Positions 1-6,861 of a stretch of DNA of 9,888 nucleotides are shown here, in pieces; the first letter of the stretch is position 1, and each line of letters opens with the position of its first letter. The position numbers and the translations under genes are program-made. The stretch comes from a virus (Duplodnaviria; Heunggongvirae; Uroviricota; Caudoviricetes). The notes beneath the pieces were generated by a model that made no database searches, was not told the origin of the DNA, and was given only the letters and a program-made list of their open reading frames with translations. The DNA lies in the IMG/VR virus record IMGVR_UViG_2529292908_000017, positions 1 through 9,888 of that record. One strand, given 5' to 3'.

Positions 1-1242
1 ATGGCGAGAAAAACACACCCATTAACCACAGTGCAGATCAAAGCAGCCAGACCAGCGCAAAAGGAGTACACCCTGCAGGACGGCGGAGGGCTTTTTCTCC
101 TGGTCAAACCGTCTGGATCAAAACTCTGGAGATTTTCCTACTACCGACCATCGGACAAAAAAAGAATATTGCTGAGTTTTGGATCGCTTGAAGATGTTTC
201 CCTGGCTGATGCCAGAAAACGCCGTAGCGAGTACAGGACGTTAATCAGTGCCGGAACTGACCCGCAGGACCACGAGAGGCAAAAAAGAGAGACAGAGGCC
301 CGAAGACAAGGGAACACGTTCGAAAATGTGGCGGCGGCATGGTACCAGGTGAAAATCAGCCAGAATCTGGCCCCCAACACGATTAAAGACATCTGGCGTT
401 CGCTGGATAAATATGTATTCCCGTTCATCGGCAACACGCCAATAGATACCCTCACCGCCCGAAGGTTCGTTGAAGTGCTTACCCCCATCAAGGAGCGCGG
501 CAACCTGGAAACACTCAAGCGGGTTTTACAGCGCGTTAATGAGGTAATGGATTACGCCGCCAACAGTGGGCTGATTGATGCCAATCCGGCTATGAATGTG
601 CGTAAGGCGTTTCCCTCACCTGTAAAAAAACATATGCCAACAATCCGCCCCGAACAGCTGCCGGAGCTTATGCAGGCTTTATCAGTATCGGCAACAGAAC
701 GGCAGACCAGATTACTGATTGAATGGCAGTTACTGACCGTAACCCGTCCCGCCGAAGCGTCATCAACGCGGTGGGATGAAATCAACCTGGACGCGAAGCA
801 ATGGACGATACCTGCCGGACGCATGAAGATGCGCAGGGATCACGTTATCCCGCTTTCCGGTCAGGCTATGGCGGTGCTGGAGGCCATGAAACCAATCAGC
901 CACCACCGCAATTACGTTTTCCCAAGTCTGAAAGACCCACAGCAGCCGATGAACAGCCAGACAGCTAACGCAGCATTGCGGCGTATGGGATTCGCTGGCG
1001 TGCTGGTGTCTCATGGATTACGCGCCATATTCAGCACAGCAGCGAACGAGGAAGGATTCGAGCCGGACGTAATAGAGGCGGCACTTGCCCACGTCGACAC
1101 CAACGAAGTTAGACGGGCATACAACCGGAGCAACTACATAGAAAAACGCATCGTGCTGATGCGCTGGTGGGGCGAATTTGTCGAGGCTGCGGCGACGGGC
1201 GTAACCCTCGCCAGTGGTAAAAGGGGTATCCGAGCCGTGTAG
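1..1242 (+). CDS. int: Tyrosine recombinase / integrase, P4-type (satellite / genomic-island family)
   Basis: 413-aa ORF starting at window base 1. N-terminal arm-type region (GGGLFLLVKPSGSKLWRFSYY) typical of P4-family integrases; C-terminal catalytic region with HGLRAIFST (H-x-x-R) and RAYNRSNY (tyrosine nucleophile region). Recognition by eye, no search. Confidence 0.9.
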   Translation: MARKTHPLTTVQIKAARPAQKEYTLQDGGGLFLLVKPSGSKLWRFSYYRPSDKKRILLSFGSLEDVSLADARKRRSEYRTLISAGTDPQDHERQKRETEARRQGNTFENVAAAWYQVKISQNLAPNTIKDIWRSLDKYVFPFIGNTPIDTLTARRFVEVLTPIKERGNLETLKRVLQRVNEVMDYAANSGLIDANPAMNVRKAFPSPVKKHMPTIRPEQLPELMQALSVSATERQTRLLIEWQLLTVTRPAEASSTRWDEINLDAKQWTIPAGRMKMRRDHVIPLSGQAMAVLEAMKPISHHRNYVFPSLKDPQQPMNSQTANAALRRMGFAGVLVSHGLRAIFSTAANEEGFEPDVIEAALAHVDTNEVRRAYNRSNYIEKRIVLMRWWGEFVEAAATGVTLASGKRGIRAV

Positions 1243-1319
1243 CTGTACAGAAAACCAGTAAAAACTACGAAAACCATGTAAAACCGTCGTATAATTGCAT
1301 CAAATTTAACGACAAGGCC

Positions 1320-1571
1320 GTGAAACATGAAACCGTTAAGATGCAAAAAAATATCAGATGCAATTGCGACGGGCTGCAACTGGCCCTGATGGTTCAGCAT
1401 GAATTTTGGTCAACCTACGATCCGGAGGACAGGACGACGGCCCCATCAAAAAAACAGGTAGTAGATTTTCTGGTATCCCGTGGCGCTTCCAGAAATCTGG
1501 CGGTAAGTATTGATAAGGTCGTACGTCCGGCATCTATGAAGATCGGAGGCAGGCCCAAAAAATGGCGGTAA
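1320..1571 (+). CDS. Hypothetical small protein (83 aa)
   Basis: ORF with AAGG about 10 nt upstream of the ATG, ending 10 nt before a strong intrinsic terminator. A TATAAT hexamer lies at about 1290-1295. No family recognised. Confidence 0.45.
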   Translation: MKHETVKMQKNIRCNCDGLQLALMVQHEFWSTYDPEDRTTAPSKKQVVDFLVSRGASRNLAVSIDKVVRPASMKIGGRPKKWR

Positions 1572-1580
1572 CAATCCTGG

Positions 1581-1606
1581 AAGCGGCAGAAATGCCGCTT
1601 TTTTTA
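1581..1606 (+). terminator. Rho-independent terminator
   Basis: Stem AGCGGCA / TGCCGCT (7 bp) with GAAA loop followed by a T6-7 run, immediately after the 1320..1571 ORF. Confidence 0.7.
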
Positions 1607-1629
1607 TAATTCCATTTCAAATCATCAAT

Positions 1630-1735
1630 ATAAAAAACGGTGTATACCGTTTAAAAACGGTGGGAACTGTTTTTACCCATATCCGATGATTTACCGTATT
1701 TGTCACCGGAATACACCGGATTCACAAGGTAAATC
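1630..1735 (+). promoter_or_regulatory. Putative promoter/operator region upstream of alpA
   Basis: 10-bp direct repeat AAAAACGGTG at 1633-1642 and 1653-1662; inverted half-sites ACGGT-N4-ACCGT at 1637-1650; direct repeat CACCGGA at 1704-1710 and 1714-1720; AAGG RBS at 1726-1729 before the ATG at 1739. Function inferred. Confidence 0.3.
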
Positions 1736-1738
1736 ACG

Positions 1739-1944
1739 ATGGAAGCAATCAGAAAAATTATCTTTCGCCAGGAAGTAAAAAAATTATCCACATCAAGGCA
1801 GACAGCACGCTGCAAAGCATGATCAACGCCGGAGAATTTCCGCAGGGTTTTCGCGTTGGTTTACGCCGTCGCGGATGGTATGAGGATGATGTGTTGGCCT
1901 GGCAGAAAGAACGCGAACAGGAAGCACGCGGAACGGCTGCTTAA
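1739..1944 (+). pseudogene. alpA: AlpA-family (prophage CP4-57-type) HTH regulator, apparently disrupted by a 1-nt frameshift
   Basis: Frame from ATG 1739 reads MEAIRKIIFRQEVKKLSTSRQTARCKA then stops (TGA 1820-1822). The -1 frame continues LQSMINAGEFPQGFRVGLRRRGWYEDDVLAWQKERE to TAA 1942-1944. Joined, they match the AlpA pattern (TG-x-SR-x-T-IY-x-hh-x-G-x-FP ... G-W-x-E-x-D-h-x-x-W). Length 206 nt is not a multiple of 3; shift localised to about 1803-1811. Confidence 0.6.
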
Positions 1945-2092
1945 CGGGTATCACAGATATGACAAACACGAAAAAAGCGGCCCCGATATGGAGCCGCCTT
2001 TCTGAACAATTAACCCGCTGCGCCTTATGTGTATGTGATCCCAAACATAAGCACGGGGATGATAGCCGCTATCAGGCTGGTGGGCAATGCAA

Positions 2093-2266
2093 TCAGTCTG
2101 GTTCAGTTCGTTGCCATACCTGCAATGAGCGCTTTTCCCTATACTCTTTAAGGAATTGCTCAAGGGCAAAAGCACATGGTGCGAATCTTTCTGATTCATG
2201 CTCTATCTTTCTGCGCCGTCTTTTCCGTGCCGGTGATAATGTTTTGGTCAATTCTTTATCGGTCAT
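2093..2266 (-). CDS. Hypothetical small basic protein (57 aa from second ATG; 62 aa from first)
   Basis: Minus-strand ORF MTDKELTKTLSPARKRRRRKIEHESERFAPCAFALEQFLKEYREKRSLQVWQRTEPD, with AGGA 7 nt upstream of the internal ATG (+ coordinates 2264-2266). Composition is protein-like, unlike the overlapping 186-aa + ORF. No homologue recognised. Confidence 0.3.
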   Translation of the reverse strand: MTDKELTKTLSPARKRRRRKIEHESERFAPCAFALEQFLKEYREKRSLQVWQRTEPD

Positions 2267-2692
2267 TGTGTTGTCCTGCATAGCAATACGCCGTAATACC
2301 TCACACCACGGCGCTGGTGATGGTTACTCCTGCTCTTTGGCCTTGCGCCGCTGGCGGCGTTTGATCTCACCTTTAACGGCAGTAACTATAAATTGCGCCT
2401 TGCTTTCACCTTCATCTAAATTTTTTCTAAGTCTGCAACAACATCATGCGGGAATCTGGCATTTAACTGTTGCGACTTATTATTTGTTGAACCTGTTGCC
2501 ATTACTGAATCCTCTCTAAGTTGGTGCGATTCAGTATACACAAAAAAAATTTCAGAGAAAGGCTTGAAGTGCGATTCACTTACTGATAGGTTAAAAACGA
2601 ATGGTGCGATGCACCAAACAACAACGCCCCGCAGTGGTGGCACACATGCAGGGCGTCTAACCACCAACGATAACGAGAGTATCGAGGTAGCT

Positions 2693-2896
2693 ATGAGAAA
2701 TCATACCACACACCCGCAAGGGCGGGACTCGCACGACCTGAATAAATACATCTGGCGTTTTATCGCCCTGAGCACGGCACAACCGCGCGTGATTACCATT
2801 GAGGCCACCAGCGAACAGGAAGCACGCCTGCAATCCCCGGCTGGCTGCGTGATGGTATTCGCTGCCCGTATTCGCCAGGGGTCACATCATGCGTAA
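2693..2896 (+). CDS. Small protein, paralogue A of a tandem pair; possibly Ash / Icd-like family (unverified)
   Basis: ATG 2693 preceded by GAGG (2684-2687). C-terminal motif YIWRF ... EATSEQEARLQSP ... FAARIRQGSHHA is repeated in the next gene, with synonymous third-position differences (CGT/CGC, CGC/CGT). The longer TTG start at 2564 in the ORF track has no credible RBS. Confidence 0.5.
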   Translation: MRNHTTHPQGRDSHDLNKYIWRFIALSTAQPRVITIEATSEQEARLQSPAGCVMVFAARIRQGSHHA

Positions 2897-3575
2897 AAAC
2901 CGCTTGCAAAAAATTATCACGGGGCTGTATGCTTCCCCCGTCGCCCACATGGCGACCGGGTTTAGCAGCCTGAATACATCTGGCGGACAGCCGCCCACAT
3001 CCGATAAGCGGTTTTTTTGTGTCCGTAAACCTACCCATACCCGCATTATGGCGGGGCGTAACGGGGGAGCCTTTGTGCTCGCTGGTTTCCAGATGACCAG
3101 TCTGCTAACCCTGTTACGTCTCGCCACCATGTTTAGCAGCGTAGTAGCGAGACTCCTTAAAATTCATCTGGGAGCCTTTCACATGGCTGTATTCGCACGC
3201 CCTTATTTTGTCTGGCGCTTTATGCAGTGCCTGACAGACAGTATTGCAATATTCACCGTTACCGCTGCCACTGAGCGCGAAGCACGTGCACAGCTGCCGC
3301 ACGCACATCTTATTTTTGTCGCCCGTATTCGCCAGGGGGGGGGAGTCATGCATAAAATACCCTTTGATGTTCTTGTTCATTCTGAAAACGCATTAATCCG
3401 CGCAAAGGAAATGGACGCATTACTACTTAAGTTAATTGATGTGCCGGAAAGTGGCGATGAATCTGATTCAATGATGTTTTCTGCCGTGCGTACGCTATTA
3501 ACGCCTGTTATTAATGAATTAAATACAGTGATGGCAATTCACGAGAATAATAAAGCGCAGCACAACGGAGAATAA
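2889..3575 (+). CDS. Composite ORF: N-terminal segment of unknown nature, then paralogue B (from internal ATG 3183 with GGAG RBS), read through a G9 tract into a 75-aa C-terminal segment
   Basis: Continuous 228-aa ORF; ATG 2889 overlaps the stop of the previous gene (ATGCGTAA). Residues from 3183 (MAVFARPYFVWRF ... TAATEREARAQLP ... FVARIRQGGG) parallel paralogue A. G9 tract at 3335-3343; with G10 the paralogue would end ...QGGGSHA* (compare A: ...QGSHHA*) and a separate ORF would start at ATG 3348. Confidence 0.4.
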   Translation: MRKNRLQKIITGLYASPVAHMATGFSSLNTSGGQPPTSDKRFFCVRKPTHTRIMAGRNGGAFVLAGFQMTSLLTLLRLATMFSSVVARLLKIHLGAFHMAVFARPYFVWRFMQCLTDSIAIFTVTAATEREARAQLPHAHLIFVARIRQGGGVMHKIPFDVLVHSENALIRAKEMDALLLKLIDVPESGDESDSMMFSAVRTLLTPVINELNTVMAIHENNKAQHNGE

Positions 3576-3580
3576 AAAAC

Positions 3581-3880
3581 ATGAAAAATAAAAATTCTGG
3601 CGTTACTGCCAGCGGCCCCGCTCGTCCTGAATTTATGAACGGCGATATTTACCGCGATAAATATGGCGGCATGGTAACGATTAAAGGCGTGGCAGAACGG
3701 CGCATCACCTACCGTCGTGAAGGCTACGAATATGATTGCGTGATGCCTGTTTATCAGTTTCGGCGTGATTTTTCTCTGGTACAGGCAGCGCCCCGCAGTA
3801 AACCAACCAGCAGGGAGAAAGCACGCGCCAATATTCAGGAAATAAAAAAGATGCTTAACGTATTCAGGGGTAAAAAATGA
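3581..3880 (+). CDS. Hypothetical protein (99 aa), translationally coupled to the primase
   Basis: ORF with GGAG upstream; its TGA stop (3878-3880) overlaps the primase ATG (3877-3879) as ATGA. Protein-like composition; family not recognised. Confidence 0.6.
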   Translation: MKNKNSGVTASGPARPEFMNGDIYRDKYGGMVTIKGVAERRITYRREGYEYDCVMPVYQFRRDFSLVQAAPRSKPTSREKARANIQEIKKMLNVFRGKK

Positions 3881-5625
3881 AACTGGCACCGAACGTAAAA
3901 AAACAGCCACGCGGAATAAAACACAAAGACACAGAGGTAATTATTTTCGCGGGTAGTGATGCCTGGTCGCACGCGAAACAATGGCAGGAGCAGGATGGCC
4001 CCGCATCCGGCGATAATGTGCCGCCTGTGTGGCTTGGGCCAAATCAGCTTGCCGAACTTGATGCACTGAAAATTGTTCCGGATGGGAAAAAGCGCGTAAG
4101 GCTGTACCAGGCCGGAGAACTGGATTTGGTGGAGACCAAAAAGATTGGTCAGAAGCTGGCGGCAGCAGATATTCAGGACGCAAATTTTTACCCCGAAGGA
4201 ATGCACGTCCAGAAGTGTGAAAACTGGCGGCGCTATCTGAATGCTGAGCGTGAAAATATTGCCGCAGGGCTTACCATGCCGGAGCAGAAAAATACGCAAC
4301 TGGCACAAATGGCAGACAGTGAGCGCGCGCAGCTGCTTGCCGAGCGCTTTGATGGCGTTTGTGTGCATCCTGAAAGTGAAATCGTTCACGTATGGCGCGG
4401 CGGGGTATGGTGTCCGGTCAGCACAATGGAGCTGAGCCGCGAAATGGTGGCGATCTATTCAGAGCACAGGGCCACTTTCAGCAAGCGCGTAATCAATAAC
4501 GCCGTGGAAGCGTTAAAAGTTATTGCCGAACCAATGGGCGAGCCGTCCGGCGATTTGCTGCCGTTCGCCAATGGTGCGCTTGACCTGAAAACGGGGGAAT
4601 TTTCCCCGCACACGCCGGAGAACTGGATCACCACGCACAACGGCATTGAGTACACGCCACCAGCACCAGGGGAGAACATCCGCGATAACGCGCCAAACTT
4701 TCATAAATGGCTTAAGCACGCAGCCGGAAAAGACCCGCGCAAGATGATGCGTATATGTGCCGCGCTGTACATGATTATGGCGAACCGGTACGACTGGCAG
4801 ATGTTTATTGAGGCCACCGGAGACGGCGGGAGCGGTAAAAGTACATTCACGCACATAGCCAGCCTTCTGGCAGGGAAACAGAACACGGTAAGCGCTGAAA
4901 TGACATCGCTTGATGATGCTGGTGGACGTGCGCAGGTTGTCGGGAGTCGTCTTATCGTCCTGGCTGACCAGCCGAAATATACAGGCGAAGGAACGGGCAT
5001 CAAGAAAATCACGGGCGGTGACCCCGTGGAAATTAACCCGAAATATGAAAAGCGTTTTACGGCGGTAATCAGGGCGGTGGTGCTGGCGACCAACAACAAC
5101 CCGATGATATTCACCGAACGGGCCGGAGGTGTGGCACGTCGTCGCGTGATTTTCCGTTTCGACAATATCGTCAGTGAGGCCGAAAAAGACAGGGAGCTAC
5201 CGGAAAAGATTGCGGCTGAAATCCCTGTGATTATCCGCCGATTACTGGCGAACTTTTCCGCCCCTGAAAAGGCACGGGCTTTACTCATTGAACAGCGTGA
5301 CGGTGATGAAGCACTGGCGATAAAGCAGCAAACGGATCCGGTTATTGAGTTTTGCCAGTTCCTGAATTTTCTGGAGGAAGCGCGCGGCCTGATGATGGGG
5401 GGCGGTGGCGATTCAGTGAAGTACACGACCAGGAACAGCCTTTACCGCGTCTATCTGGCGTTTATGGCATACGCAGGCAGGAGCAAACCGCTAAACGTAA
5501 ATGACTTTGGCAAGGCTATGAAGCCAGCCGCGAAAGTTTACGGACATGAATATATTACGCGGAAAGTTAAGGGAGTAACGCAGACTAACGCAATAACAAC
5601 AGACGATTGCGACGCGTTTTTATAA
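3877..5625 (+). CDS. Phage/plasmid primase-helicase, P4-family C-terminal domain / D5-like SF3 NTPase (satellite pri-rep type)
   Basis: 582-aa ORF with AGGGGT RBS. Walker A P-loop ATGDGGSGKST, followed by motifs typical of D5 / P4-alpha-type helicases (LIVLADQP Walker B-like, VVLATNN). Immediately followed by an iteron array. N-terminal ~300 aa not assigned. Confidence 0.88.
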   Translation: MKLAPNVKKQPRGIKHKDTEVIIFAGSDAWSHAKQWQEQDGPASGDNVPPVWLGPNQLAELDALKIVPDGKKRVRLYQAGELDLVETKKIGQKLAAADIQDANFYPEGMHVQKCENWRRYLNAERENIAAGLTMPEQKNTQLAQMADSERAQLLAERFDGVCVHPESEIVHVWRGGVWCPVSTMELSREMVAIYSEHRATFSKRVINNAVEALKVIAEPMGEPSGDLLPFANGALDLKTGEFSPHTPENWITTHNGIEYTPPAPGENIRDNAPNFHKWLKHAAGKDPRKMMRICAALYMIMANRYDWQMFIEATGDGGSGKSTFTHIASLLAGKQNTVSAEMTSLDDAGGRAQVVGSRLIVLADQPKYTGEGTGIKKITGGDPVEINPKYEKRFTAVIRAVVLATNNNPMIFTERAGGVARRRVIFRFDNIVSEAEKDRELPEKIAAEIPVIIRRLLANFSAPEKARALLIEQRDGDEALAIKQQTDPVIEFCQFLNFLEEARGLMMGGGGDSVKYTTRNSLYRVYLAFMAYAGRSKPLNVNDFGKAMKPAAKVYGHEYITRKVKGVTQTNAITTDDCDAFL

Positions 5626-5636
5626 TTTTTTGCAAT

Positions 5637-5865
5637 GTCTGTCTACCCTGTCTACCTGAGTAAAGAAAAATACATTTAATTCAGTATATTAACTTAGGTA
5701 GACAGCCTTTTTTCACTGTCTACCTACTATCTACCCTCTCTACCTGATTTTACCTGAATCAGACAGGGAGGTAGATACGGGGTAGATAGTGGATAAAAGC
5801 ACTCTACCCCGCTGAAAGCCGCGCCATTACTGGCATGAGAGCCAGTAAGGTAGATAAGGTAGACA
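5637..5865. repeat. Iteron array, putative replication origin
   Basis: About 11 copies of the heptamer GTCTACC / GGTAGA(C/T) in both orientations (e.g. 5641-5647, 5650-5656, 5697-5703, 5718-5724, 5770-5776, 5781-5787, 5849-5855, 5858-5864) around an AT-rich core (about 5657-5695), directly downstream of the primase-helicase gene. Confidence 0.65.
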
Positions 5866-5913
5866 AGGGGAGGCACAACTCAAAACTTTTTAAACGAGGG
5901 GGTAAAAATAAAA

Positions 5914-6171
5914 ATGCGCACATCAGGAAAACTTAATAATCAGAAGAAGCAGCATAACCGCGCCATTGACCTTACAGAGCACTGGCTGAGAGTGGCGATA
6001 AAAATCATCGACCGCAACACGGGGGAAGGATACGCGAAAGCACATCCCGACCTGATAAGCGCATTCATGACCACGGCGGCAGCAAACTTTGCCACGCTGA
6101 CAGAACGGGAGATTGCCGAAGCGGAACAGGTGACAACCATCAACGTTAAAACCGGAGAGCAGACAGCATGA
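5914..6171 (+). CDS. Hypothetical protein (85 aa), coupled to ssb
   Basis: ORF with GAGGGGG upstream; its stop overlaps the next ATG (ATGA at 6168-6171). No family recognised. Confidence 0.5.
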   Translation: MRTSGKLNNQKKQHNRAIDLTEHWLRVAIKIIDRNTGEGYAKAHPDLISAFMTTAAANFATLTEREIAEAEQVTTINVKTGEQTA

Positions 6172-6590
6172 CAGCACAGATAGCGGCTTACGGGCGGCTG
6201 GTGGCTGACCCGCAGTTAAAGACCACCAGCAAAGGGACACAAATGGCGATGGCGAGTATGGCGGTTCCCCTGCCATGCAGCCAGGCAGATGACGGAACGG
6301 CGACGATGTGGTTATCTGTCCTGGCGTTTGGCAGACAGGCCGACGCACTGGCAAAACACCACAAAGGCGAACTCCTGAGCGTGGCGGGTAATATGCAGGT
6401 GAGCCAGTGGACAGGCCAGAACGGCGAAACGCGGCAGGGCTGGCAGGTTATCGCAGACAGTGTAATCAGTGCCAGAACGGCGCGACCGGGCGGCAAAAAA
6501 GGTCAACAGGGGCAGGCTACTGACGCACTGAACAGGGCAAAACAACAGGCGGGAAATGATGATCCGTACGGGGATAACATACCGTTTTAA
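6168..6590 (+). CDS. ssb: Single-stranded DNA-binding protein (SSB-like OB fold with acidic C-terminal tip)
   Basis: 140 aa. N-terminal OB region aligns by eye with E. coli SSB (YGRLVADPQLK vs VGNLGQDPEVR; WLSVLAFGRQADALAKHHKGE vs [21 protein letters not shown]). Gly/Gln-rich linker and C-terminal DDPYGDNIPF resemble the SSB tail DDDIPF. Confidence 0.78.
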   Translation: MTAQIAAYGRLVADPQLKTTSKGTQMAMASMAVPLPCSQADDGTATMWLSVLAFGRQADALAKHHKGELLSVAGNMQVSQWTGQNGETRQGWQVIADSVISARTARPGGKKGQQGQATDALNRAKQQAGNDDPYGDNIPF

Positions 6591-6606
6591 GCAACGAGTA
6601 ACAGAG

Positions 6607-6628
6607 GCCGGAGCAATCCGGCTTTTAT
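6607..6628 (+). terminator. Rho-independent terminator after ssb
   Basis: Stem GCCGGA / TCCGGC with GCAA loop followed by TTTTAT. Confidence 0.65.
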
Positions 6629-6861
6629 CAGTTGAGTCCGTCACACTACGCAAAAAAAAGCCGGAATATTCCGACCCTTTCATCACCAAAGAGAATAATT
6701 TATGTCTTTGAACTTGTAACGCTGTACAGAATGACACGTAACGCCGGATAAATAAACGAAGATTGAAACTTTGCACACTATTGCATAGCAATGCATAAAG
6801 ATGCCAAACAAGGCAGATGATAAAATTAACGCGACACTTTTACTAAGTATTAAGAGGTTAT

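Noticed and set aside
141-1400. Minus-strand ORFs 141..518, 552..824, 763..1014 and 1134..1400 within or antisense to the integrase
   Set aside because: Antisense to the integrase ORF with low-complexity composition and no start signals.
1959-2519. 186-aa + strand ORF spanning the alpA-to-paralogue gap
   Set aside because: Composition is not protein-like (Cys/Ser/Leu/Arg-rich, low complexity), there is no RBS, and it overlaps a better antisense candidate. Most likely a chance ORF in non-coding or regulatory DNA.
2564-2692. TTG-initiated 110-aa extension of paralogue A (ORF track 2564..2896)
   Set aside because: The TTG start has the putative SD directly abutting it (no spacer), whereas the internal ATG 2693 has a well-spaced GAGG. 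The upstream part is more likely leader or regulatory sequence containing the GTGCGAT repeats.
3835-5426. Minus-strand ORFs 3835..4389, 3941..4183, 4455..4679, 4513..4854 and 4701..5426, antisense to the primase-helicase
   Set aside because: Fully contained antisense to a well-supported 582-aa gene with recognisable NTPase motifs; typical shadow ORFs.
5637-5865. Possibility that the repeat cluster is a CRISPR array
   Set aside because: Repeat unit is only 7 bp, spacing is irregular, and copies occur in both orientations. This fits iterons, not a CRISPR repeat-spacer array.
6188-6791. Minus-strand ORFs 6188..6496 and 6312..6791 over ssb and the downstream intergenic region
   Set aside because: Antisense to the SSB gene and running across its terminator; junk-like composition.
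6630-6861. P2/P4-type late promoter activator site (TGT-N12-ACA for Ogr/Delta) upstream of the capsid operon
   Set aside because: Checked the TGT occurrences by eye; none has ACA at the correct 12-bp spacing.
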